Shown here piece by piece: positions 52,379-62,175 of a stretch of DNA of 64,000 nucleotides (position 1 is the stretch's first letter; each line of letters begins with the position of its first letter). Under the pieces are notes generated by a model. It was given only the letters and a program-made list of their open reading frames with translations. It had not been told where the DNA came from and searched no databases. Origin of the DNA: a virus (taxonomy: Duplodnaviria > Caudoviricetes); IMG/VR virus record IMGVR_UViG_3300012344_000017, positions 41,851 to 105,850 of that record. One strand, 5' to 3'. The translations under genes were made by a program, and so were the position numbers.

Positions 52379-52454
52379 GAGTCTATTAGTCAAACGGTAA
52401 AGACAGCCCGATATAAAGGGAATAGTTAGCAGGTTCGACTCCTGCATAGACTCC
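52379..52454 (+). tRNA. tRNA-like gene with degenerate anticodon arm (identity undetermined)
   Basis: GAGTCTAT/ATAGACTC acceptor, D-loop with GG, GCAGG-TTCGACT-CCTGC; anticodon stem has only CCC/GGG. Confidence 0.6.
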
Positions 52455-52608
52455 GATCATTGTTTCATAATTAAAAATTTGAATTTTTATAAAATTATCT
52501 AAGTGGCTTGGTCGTCAGTACACTATAAATAAAAGCTGTATGTATATACATGTGAGGCGGCCCCTAATACTGGTTCAACGTAACTCCAGTTAAAAGTTAC
52601 GTGTTTAT

Positions 52609-52679
52609 CGCGAGATGATGAAAAGGTATCATACGAGGCTCATAACCTCGATTTGCTAGTTCGACTCTAGCTCTCGCAA
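52609..52679 (+). tRNA. tRNA-Met (CAT), initiator-like
   Basis: Full cloverleaf; C1:A72 mismatch; CGAGG-CTCATAA-CCTCG. Confidence 0.85.
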
Positions 52680-52685
52680 CTATAT

Positions 52686-52757
52686 TGCCCTATCGTATAT
52701 TGACTATTACCTCTGTCTCTAAAACAGAAGAAGTGGGTTTGATTCCTACTAGGGCGA
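52686..52757 (+). tRNA. Amber suppressor tRNA (anticodon CTA), presumed Gln
   Basis: TGCCCTA/TAGGGCG acceptor with a weak 1-72 pair; TCTGT-CTCTAAA-ACAGA; anticodon at 52719-52721. Confidence 0.9.
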
Positions 52758-52776
52758 CTAATAAATAATAATAAAT

Positions 52777-53562
52777 ATGGTAGTAAGATACAGAAATTAC
52801 AAAGGGATCCCTGGTATATACAAATGGGAAAACCGAATAAACCATAAATGCTACATAGGACAATCTATTGATTTAAACAAAAGGTTGGCGCATCACTTTA
52901 GTAGCATAAAGAATAATAGATACAACAATCCGCTTTATAGAGCTATAAAGAAATATGGTTTAGAAAATTTCGATGTAACTATCATAGAGGTGTTAGAGAC
53001 TTCTGATGATTTAAAATCGAAGTTAGACGAAAGAGAGAAATATTATATACAAAAATACAACTCGTTTGGTAAGGGTGGTTATAATCAAACGCTTGGTGGC
53101 GATGATGGAATATTAGGATATAAGTTTACAGATGAACAAAGAGAACATGTGTCTAAAAATTCTACGAAAGTTGCCGCAGAAAAAAGTCGACGGGTTTATA
53201 TGTATAATATAAAAACAAATTGTATTCAAATATGGATTGATATAAAGCATACTGCAGGGTATCTTAAAATGAATGGAGCTACAATTCGCAGAGCTTGCCT
53301 TGACCAAATTCATTTAATAAAAGGCGAATGGGTGTTAGGGTATTCTGAAGAAGATGTTAAAATGAGAGCTAAAGATGTTTTAAGGTACAAAAACACTGGG
53401 CGCTTTAAACAGCAATATTGTGGTACATTTATTTATAAAGGTAATAAGTTTGTAGGAAATATAAAAGAAGCTGCAGAGTGCTTTAAAGTTAGTAAATCTT
53501 ATTTATATGGAGTTTGTAATAAATCTAGGAAGAGTAACGTTTTATTATTTATACCGAATTAA
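52777..53562 (+). CDS. Free-standing GIY-YIG homing endonuclease
   Basis: GIYKW..YIGQS..R..H, LDEREKYYI, GYN; NUMOD-like C-terminal repeats; AT-rich. Confidence 0.9.
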   Translation: MVVRYRNYKGIPGIYKWENRINHKCYIGQSIDLNKRLAHHFSSIKNNRYNNPLYRAIKKYGLENFDVTIIEVLETSDDLKSKLDEREKYYIQKYNSFGKGGYNQTLGGDDGILGYKFTDEQREHVSKNSTKVAAEKSRRVYMYNIKTNCIQIWIDIKHTAGYLKMNGATIRRACLDQIHLIKGEWVLGYSEEDVKMRAKDVLRYKNTGRFKQQYCGTFIYKGNKFVGNIKEAAECFKVSKSYLYGVCNKSRKSNVLLFIPN

Positions 53563-53580
53563 ACAATATTAAAGAATACT

Positions 53581-54126
53581 ATGGAGTTAAAATTTAAGAG
53601 ACTTGAGGACGATGCCGTCCTCCCTATTCGTGGCACAAAAGGTGCTGCAGGAATTGATTTGACTTGCATTAAGATTGAAACAGCGCTTAACGAAGCAAAT
53701 CAGCTAATGTTGGTTTACCATACAGGATTGGCAGTTGAAATTCCTGCCGGATATGTTGGTTTACTTATACCACGCTCTAGTATTTGGAAGAAGTCATTGT
53801 GGCTTACTGATAATGTCGGTGTTATCGACAGTGATTACAGAGGCGAACTTATAGCTTACATGAAGGCTACTACCGATGTAGTTCCTGCTATTTATAAGCA
53901 GGGTGAGCGCTTCTGTCAGTTGGTCATTGTTCCAGTACCAGAGTTTACAATTACCGAAGCATCAGAGCTCTCGAACACAGAGCGCAATGAGGACGGTTTT
54001 GGTTCAACAGGTACTGATAATAAGAAAGTTAGCGCAGCTACGGGAACTGAGGCACAGGCTAGCGAACAGCCACAGTCCGTACCAGAGCCAGCGGCGGTAC
54101 AAGAAGGTGCTGAGGCAGGTGAGTGA
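53581..54126 (+). CDS. dut: Trimeric dUTPase
   Basis: AGIDL, PRSS, GVIDSDYRGE, QLV and R..GFGSTG motifs. Confidence 0.96.
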   Translation: MELKFKRLEDDAVLPIRGTKGAAGIDLTCIKIETALNEANQLMLVYHTGLAVEIPAGYVGLLIPRSSIWKKSLWLTDNVGVIDSDYRGELIAYMKATTDVVPAIYKQGERFCQLVIVPVPEFTITEASELSNTERNEDGFGSTGTDNKKVSAATGTEAQASEQPQSVPEPAAVQEGAEAGE

Positions 54127-54146
54127 CAAGCTTGACAAGCCTGCAT

Positions 54147-54181
54147 AAAGGGAACTACCGAAAGGTGGCTCCCTTTTACTG
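54147..54181 (+). terminator. Rho-independent terminator
   Basis: AAAGGGAACTACC-GAAA-GGTGGCTCCCTTTT. Confidence 0.75.
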
Positions 54182-54207
54182 TTTAAACACATATCAAACA
54201 TTATATA

Positions 54208-55536
54208 ATGAAGAAAAGATTTATTAAGACACCTTTGGTTGGTGTACAAGTACATGGGGCAAAAGATGTCGGCTCAAGAACAGTTAACCTCTTAATGGGT
54301 GAGCATGCCGGCGAATATGTTCGTGGTGATATCATGGACGCAAACGCTGTTATCCAGGCATTTGATGAACTTAAGGATGGTGTAGACGAAGGTCACGATA
54401 CACTTAAAGAACTTAACGAAGAGATTAAAACTAACTCTACAGTAATTTCTGGTACGATTGTTAAGCTCACAAAGGTTGAGCAGGAGTCTAAGGATCGTGA
54501 CGAAGTAGAGAAGGAAGCGCGAATCAATAGCGATAATGCAAACAAGCAGGCTATCGATGAGGAGAAGCATAGAGCAGAGGCAGCTGAGACTAATATTAAG
54601 GACAGTCTTACAGCTGAAGTAAATCGTGCCACAGCAGCAGAGAATACACTTGATGCAGCTATTAAAGCCGAAGCGGCTAAGCGTGAGTCCAATGATTCTA
54701 CAATCAAGGATAGTGTAGCAGCAGAAGTAGCTAGAGCTACAGCTAAGGAAGGTGAGATTCAAGCTAAGGTAAATGTTATTGATGGAGATTCTACAACAGA
54801 TGGTTCTTTCCGTAAGGCTATCGCAGATGTAGTTGGTGCAGCTCCTGAAGCATACGATACGTTGAAGGAGATTGCTGATAAGCTTAATGAGAACGATGAT
54901 CTTCACGCAGCTATTAACGACGCTATTGCTACCAAGGCTAAGGCTACAGACCTTACAGCAGAGATTGAGCGCGCTAAGGCAGCAGAAGCTGCTAATACTG
55001 CAGCTATTGAAGCAGAGGCAGCTAGAGCTAAGGACGTTGAGTCTGACAATGCGCAGGCTATTACAGCAGAAGAGGCACGTGCTACAAACGTGGAATCAGC
55101 TTTGAATACAGCAGTTGAGACTGAGGTGCAGCGTGCTAAGGATTAGGAGGCTTATTTACAACAGCTTATTGATGCTAAAGCCGACAAGAGCGCACTCAAT
55201 GACTATGTGCCTACTACAACTCTTACAGAATAGGTTAAGTCTATAAACGACGTTATCAATACAAAGCAAAGTGTCGAAGACGCTAATAAGATTAAAGCTG
55301 AGCTCACTTAGTAGATTTCAACTAAAGCTGACACTGATACGGTTGAATCTTACAAAGAGGCTCTTGCTACACAGATTGAGAATGAGGTAACAGATAGAGG
55401 GCAAGCAATCGTTAATCTTACTAATGACACCAATACTAATTCTGCAGCGATTACAGCTTTGGAGAAGAAGGTCGCAGCTCTTGAGACTCGTATCGCGGCT
55501 CTTGAATCTGGTGGCGATACTGAACAAACAGCATAA
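54208..55536 (+). CDS. Coiled-coil fibre protein, 442 aa (TAG=Gln)
   Basis: E..RA.AAE repeats and the APEAYDTLKEIAD motif; four TAG from 55144 on; TAA at 55534-55536. Confidence 0.82.
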
Positions 55537-55537
55537 A

Positions 55538-55584
55538 GCTAGGTCTTAATGAAAGCATGACGGGGTTCGCTGCCCCGCCTAGCA
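55538..55584 (+). ncRNA. Minimal tRNA-like element followed by three hairpins (to about 55670)
   Basis: GCTAGG...CGGGG-TTCGCTG-CCCCG-CCTAGC-A. Confidence 0.5.
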
Positions 55585-55699
55585 CAAACCCCTAGATGGA
55601 AGACACTAGGGCTAAGTGTAGCAATACACTTTATAATTCACGGGACTAGGATTTATCCAGTCCTAGTTCCATATTGTTTTACTTTTAAAACTTTAAATT

Positions 55700-56509
55700 A
55701 TGGATACAATCGAGAAAGTTTATTGTACAGGTCACGACAATAACGACGCTTTGGTAGCCGCTTTGGCTAGCAAGAATAACTGTGATCCAATGGCAATGGC
55801 AGCCATGATGAACTAGAATGACTATATGAATAACCCATTCGCTTACTTGATCTGGATGATCTTCGCAATGCGTATGTGGAACAACAACGGTGAGAATCAG
55901 GGCAACGCAATTCAAGGTCAACTCGACGCTATGCGTACTCAGATCTCAGATAACCAGAATAGCACTTTGGTAATGGATGCCATTAGAGGTAACGGTAATG
56001 CTATCACTCAGCTCGCTTCTAACTTGAACTGCGATTTCAATGCTTTGAATAACGCAATCTGCAATGTTAGAGCTGGTATTCAGGAGGTAGCTGGTAGCGT
56101 AAACTTCTCAGCAGAACGAGTAATTAACGCTATTAATCTTGGCGACGCCAACTTAACAGCTGCATTGCAGAACTGCTGCTGCCAGACGCAATAGAACATT
56201 ATCAAGATGGGCTACGAGAATCAACTTGGGCAGAAGGATATTATAAACCAGATGCAAACAGGTTTCAGCTACACAAACACCGGTTTGGAGAGAGCTGCAA
56301 GTAACCTTGGTTTCCAGATGAGTTAGATGGCTTGCGATCTTAAGACGAACGCAAATGCTAATACTCAGCGTATTGTAGATGTGTTAAACAACCATTGGCA
56401 GTCTGATTTACAGCAACGCTATAATGATGCTCGCCTTGAGTTGTCACAGTAGAGACAGAATGCTACTCTTATTGCAGCACTCAAGACTACTACAACTACT
56501 ACCGCATAA
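55700..56509 (+). CDS. Asn/Gln-rich protein with QNCCC motif, 269 aa (TAG=Gln)
   Basis: Single frame through four TAG; TM-like segment followed by coiled coil. Confidence 0.8.
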
Positions 56510-56524
56510 AAGTTTTAAAATGAC

Positions 56525-56556
56525 GTGTGAGGGCTCCTTCGGGAGCCTTTACATAC
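56525..56556 (+). terminator. Hairpin/terminator
   Basis: GGCTCC-TTCG-GGAGCC core with extended pairing. Confidence 0.6.
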
Positions 56557-56570
56557 TAAAGTGACACACT

Positions 56571-57074
56571 ATGGCATTTAAAGATGTAAAACAAAATTAT
56601 TCAGTTTATATACTGAACAAATAGGATATATCTATTACCGACGGTAAAGTTATATCAGTTGGATTCCCGCATATGGATTTAAACAACAAACCTACAATGG
56701 GCTAGTCTCAAATGGTTGTAGATGTAACTATTGAATCTAATGGTAAGACAGCTACATATACAATTCCCGAGAATCTCTCAGTTACTTATGCTGGAGACAT
56801 TGTGTTATCTACAGATAAGCAAGGTCTTGCTGCAGAAGTAGAATCTATGAAGAGTACTGCTGAGAAGATATTAGAATCAGTTCCTAAATAGCAAGAAGTG
56901 GTAGAAAAGGCCACAACTTTGCTGGCAGATCTTAATCCTATATATAAGGAGAAAAAGGAAACTGAACAAAGATTCGCTAAATTAGAGTAGTCTATTAGTA
57001 GAATGGAGTCAACTGTTACAAACTTTATAAATTCATTTAACCATGGGCAAGGTAATAGTAATACGGCACAGTGA
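56571..57074 (+). CDS. Hypothetical protein, 167 aa (TAG=Gln)
   Basis: Not in the ORF track; open from ATG to TGA with TAG read-through; C-terminal coiled coil. Confidence 0.75.
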
Positions 57075-57525
57075 TGAGGAGCCTAGTACAAAGTATATGG
57101 CTAACCTCAAAAAGAATGAAGATGGTAGTTATACTGCTAGCGTTGATGTTGTAAAGGGTGATGACTATAAGGATTATATAAAGAAGAACGGTCCTCATTT
57201 TACAGAAGCTCTTGCAGAATATGCTAGCAAGTAGATGGTAAATTCAAACGGCTTAGAACACACTTGGACGGCAGGGTAGGTTAAGAATATATGTGATGTA
57301 CTTAACTTGCAGATCCCAGCATCGTCTACATTGTATGATGTAACATATACAGCCAATATGGCTTATGCGGATTTCTTCCCAGAGTTATTAACAGAACATC
57401 AGTGTATAAAGTATGCTATAGCTGTAGCTGCTGATCCTGATGGCTATGAAGGCATACAATTATGTAGATGGATCGCAGATATAATGAGCAAGAAAGAAAG
57501 TGTAGACTGGAGCGAGTTTGAATAA
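57043..57525 (+). CDS. Hypothetical protein, 160 aa (TAG=Gln)
   Basis: Joins 57043-57234 and 57307-57525; NMAYADF...DPDGY motif. Confidence 0.78.
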
Positions 57526-57603
57526 TCTTTAACTGTGGCGTTTTAGACGTGGTCTTCAATGACACCACAGTACTATAATTGTTAACAATTTAAACGAATT
57601 AAT

Positions 57604-60600
57604 ATGGTTGATTTTCACAAAGAACCAGAACAGCATCACCATCACAATCCTATTGGTGAGCTGGACATGAAGATAGATTAGTATTATTCATCAATCTATT
57701 CCAAGCTGTACAATCATATACACGATGACGTTGTACACATAACACAAGAGGAGAGAGAAGCTTGGAATAACAAGGCAAGCAAGGATGCCTTGAAAGATCT
57801 TCAAGATCAATTGGATTCGATTGCTGGAGAAGATGGATCTTTTAAGAAAGAACTCCTTATTGAAGTAACAAAGCAAATTACTGAGGCTATAGCAGATTTG
57901 AATCTTGGCGAGTATGCAAAGAAGAAATACGTAGATGACGCCATTAAGGGTATAAATGTATCAAACTTTATTACAAAGAGCGACGCTGATTCTACGTATT
58001 TGAAGATTGTAGACTACACAAGATTTGATTCCGATAGCTATTATACAAAGGCTGAGGTAAACAACCTCCTTAAGAACTCTGGTATTTCTACAGATTATTC
58101 GATCACAGAGTTTACGATAAAAAACAATAAGCTTGTTCTCACACAAAAGAATGGAGGTCAGTTTGAGGTTTCTATTCCTGGTGGCGGAAGCAGTGGCGGA
58201 AGTGGTATTACAGAAGAATATCTGAGACAAGAGTTGGCAAACTATATAATGAAGGGATCTCTCGCAAAGCTTGAGATAAACAATACGGTTGTATCTCTCG
58301 AAGCTGGTGGAACTATTAAAATCCCTACTGGTGGTTCCAGCTCTAATGTTGATCCAACTAAGTTTGGTTATTACAAGTCTTACTTTAAGCAGTGGACTAG
58401 CAGTGTTAATGCACCTTCTTTGCCAGAGGACCACAAAGCTCCATCTGAATCATCAGGTTGGCTTGAGAACGCACCTAACTCTTCTTCAGGTTATTATATC
58501 TGGATGACGTAGGTATTCATTAATGGCAATGGAGATTATGGATCTTACATGAATCCTATATGCCTTACAGGCGAATCGTCAAGCTCTGCAGGAGAAGATG
58601 GTAACAGCATCAACTTTATATTTAAGACTAGTATTTTAGGGGAAAGTGTAGAAAACCCTGGCTCTGTAGAAGTATCGGAAGACGGTGTCCCTGTTGTTCC
58701 TTCTGGATGGACAGACCATCCTAGCGGTGTAACAAAAGATGTTCCTTATGAGTATTGCTCAATTGCTACAAGCGTAAAAGGATAGTGGTGCTCTCAGTGG
58801 AGCGAGCCATTTGTCTGGTCTCATTTTGGGCAGAACGGTATGGATGGCGATGGCGTAGAATATATCTTCTATGCTAGCACTTTAGCTCCATCTAACAACC
58901 TGCCTTCATCTTGGACGCTTGACAGTAATTTTTAGGATAGAGAATATATTAGAAACAGCTCAGGATGGACAGATGATCCTGTAGACTTAGAAGAACTTGG
59001 CCCAGGCTATAAGCAGTGGGTGTGTACAAGAAAGAAGTATGCAGATGAAGGTGAAGAAGCTGCTTATTGGCATGCTTATTCAGAACCTGCATTGTGGGGA
59101 TATTATGCTAGAGACGGTGTAGCAAGTAGTCTTATCATCGACGTAAACGGAGAGAACAAATACGTCTATGTAGACAATGATGGTAATAACCTAGAATACT
59201 CTGGTGAATCTACCATTCATATGTACAACGATGGTGCGACCGTATCTTTTAGCTTAGTTGTAGACAAAGTTGTAAGCTCATCTGGTGATTATCTTAGTGA
59301 TCAGGATATCCAAGATTACTTTACAATCTCGGGGAATGATTCGTACAAAGATGTAAGTATCAATATACCTGCAAATAAACTTTCTTTCGCAGATGGTAAA
59401 TACTATATCGTATACCTTATTGGTACGCCAGAGTCTTCAAATATCAATTCGTAGAGCAGAGGTGCTTAGATTTAGTTGTTCGGAATCAAACAAGGAGAAA
59501 GCGGCGAAGATGGTGTATCTTACGACTTAAAGGTATCTGCTGCGGCTATTAACAAACAAGATGGCACTTTATACCCAAATACGGTTACAGTATCAATACT
59601 TAAGAGTAAGGGTGCAGAGATAACTAATATAGCCCCTGGTAACTACGAAAGCTGGGAGTTCCACTATAGTGTCGATAATGGCGCAACATATAATGCTATA
59701 GAATCAAATCCTGTTACTACAGAAGGCGATGATGGCATGCTGTTTAGAGCTAGATATACTGGCGATCCTGACAATCTCGTGTTGACAGAATATGTACCAA
59801 TCGTTAAAGCTTCTCAAATCGAAGGTATAAATGGTGTGTCGTATTCTTTACAGTTGTCCGACATTGTGCTTAACTATACGCAGAACAGCGATGGAACCTG
59901 TCCATTTAAGATGACCGGAACAGTGGACCTTTATAGACTTGAAGCAGATGGTTCGTCAGAGAAGCTTGACAATTCATCAGCGTATATTCAGTATAAGATG
60001 ACCGGTGAAGATTCTAAGACGGATTTGACTTATTCATCTGGCTCGTGGAGCTTATCTATAGAGAAGACGTTGTCAGCTAGTTCTACATCTGTATCGTTGT
60101 ATGCATATAATATGAACGGCGCATACTTTACATCTATGTCTGTTCCTGTTTCCGCAGCTGGTAAAAAGGGCGAAAAAGGCGAGCAGGGCGAAAAAGGAGA
60201 TCCAGGCTCAAGTAGCGGCCCTACAGGCCAAACATTTAAAGGTTCTCCTTTAAGAATGCTTGGCGCATGGGTAGAAGGCAAGAAGTACTATGATGGTAAG
60301 CGCGATGCGGAAGACGGCGTGTTCTATCAGGATGTTGTACTATATAACAATATGTATTATGCTTGTATTAATACAGAAACTGGCGACACGAACAATTGGT
60401 AGACCCCACCAGATTCAGCAGGATGGTTCTCAGCGTTTACTATATCTCCAGACATTGTCGCAAACTTAGTTATAGCCAATAAAGCGTTTATAAAAGAATT
60501 ATCGTCTAACGAGCTCGTTATATTTGATGATAATGTTATTGTAGCTGGTATGACGTCTAGTAAAGCAATTGATGATTCTTCTGCGTTAAAAGGCAATGTT

Positions 60601-61341
60601 ACGTCGAAAGGGGATGTTAGAATATGGGCCGGCGGTATTTCTAACGGAGATTTGACTACAGCTCCATTTGCTGTTACTAGCTCTGGCGACATGATAGCAC
60701 ATGAGGCAACCTTGTATGACGCCACGTTCTATGCGACTAATGCTACAGTTAAAATAAGTAACAAATTAACGACAGATTCCATTTTTTCTTATGAGCGTGC
60801 AGGATTATTCGTTTCTGGAGACACATCGGAATATGGAAAGGCCGAGATGTTTTTCGGTATAGTTGCTTAGTAGCAAACTCTTGGGGGTACTACCAAAGCT
60901 AATATACCTCAGGTCTATTTAAGCGGAGACAATAATAAAAAAGTTTCTATTAGTCCTGGATATCTTAATGTTACAGGCGACACATATTTAGATGGAACTG
61001 CAAGCTTACTCGGCAATACAACTATATACAGTTTATATCATCTTATAAGAAAATAGTCTTCAGATCTTATTGATGGCAGTTTGTATGTATCTGGTACCGG
61101 GGCTAATAATAGCTCTGGATCAAGATATAATAATTTCACTTTGCCAAATATCGCATAGGGCACAGATGCAATTTTGATAAATTGGTCAAGTGATTATGTT
61201 ATAGTAAGTGCGTCATCTGGGTGTAAATTATATAGAACTGGTTATAACGGCGAGGTTGAAAGTGTCACACTTGGAAAATTTAGTATGGCACACGCGATTA
61301 AGGTTAGCGATACTTCGTGGTTTTTGGGAATAATGTCGTGA
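57604..61341 (+). CDS. Tail fibre/spike protein, 1245 aa (TAG=Gln), with collagen-like repeat
   Basis: Five listed fragments in one frame; HITQEEREAWNNK motif; GKKGEKGEQGEKGDPG at about 60160-60207; TGA at 61339-61341. Confidence 0.85.
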
Positions 61342-61661
61342 TGAAAATAATAAGATAGAATATATTGCCTCCAAAAGGATTCTTGGCAATTAATTTGTTT
61401 GGTTATTTATTCTGTAAACCAAATGCTAAGATAAATGATGTGGTAATCAACCACGAGTCTATACATACGGCATAGATGAAGGAAATGGGATATATACCTT
61501 TTTATGTATGGTACTTTATAGAATGGCTTATAAAGCTGTTCTGTAAAGGAAATGCATATAGGAATATATCGTTTGAAAGAGAGGCATACGATAATTAGTA
61601 TGACCTCAACTACTTAAAGAATAGAAAACATTACAGTTGGTTTAAAAGACTATTTAAATAA
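61341..61661 (+). CDS. Small membrane-associated zincin-like protein, 106 aa (TAG=Gln)
   Basis: NHESIHTA(Q)MKE...YRNISFEREAY; coupled to both neighbours. Confidence 0.8.
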
Positions 61662-62170
61662 TGTTTGACATAGTACAAAATAAAGTTTAGTTAAGTACTG
61701 AAGATTTAGCAATACCTCCATTTAAGAATTTCTACAATAACGCCAAAGATAAGCAAGAAGCTCTTAAAAAGATAGAGTTTGTAATATGGCGATATAAATG
61801 GAATAGCCCATATGAGGCCTATCCAGAGAAAGAAAGGACGTGGAGAGTAGCTAAGGATGTACTTAACGATGAGAATTATGTACCTGATGACACTGTAAAA
61901 GAATTAGCAAAAAGGTTCCAGGAGTTCCAAGAGACTCCTGCCACCAGATTGCTCAAGTCTTCTAAAAGTGCAGCAGAGGGAATAATGAATACAATGGATA
62001 TGTACGCCGAAGAAGAGCTTGATATAGATACGGCTAAGAAACTTTCAGCTATACTGAAGGATGTTAGTGGCATTATCAAGTCGTTAGACCTTGCTTCAAA
62101 GCAAGCGAAAGCTGAACAAGCAGAAGCTGGTAGAGTCAAAGGTGGTGGCGTTATTGGCATGTACGAATAA
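61661..62170 (+). CDS. Protein preceding TerL (putative terminase small subunit), 169 aa (TAG=Gln)
   Basis: One TAG at codon 10; function inferred from position only. Confidence 0.62.
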
Positions 62171-62175
62171 TTATT

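Noticed and set aside
52569-52602. Bona fide preQ1 riboswitch
   Set aside because: No downstream CDS or expression platform, and the second stem looks stable without ligand; kept only as a pseudoknot finding.
52757-52777. Theta (HDV-like) ribozyme after the suppressor tRNA
   Set aside because: Only 19 AT-rich nt separate the tRNA from the next ATG; no nested double pseudoknot is visible.
57604-61341. Diversity-generating retroelement target
   Set aside because: No reverse transcriptase gene or template/variable repeat pair seen in this window.
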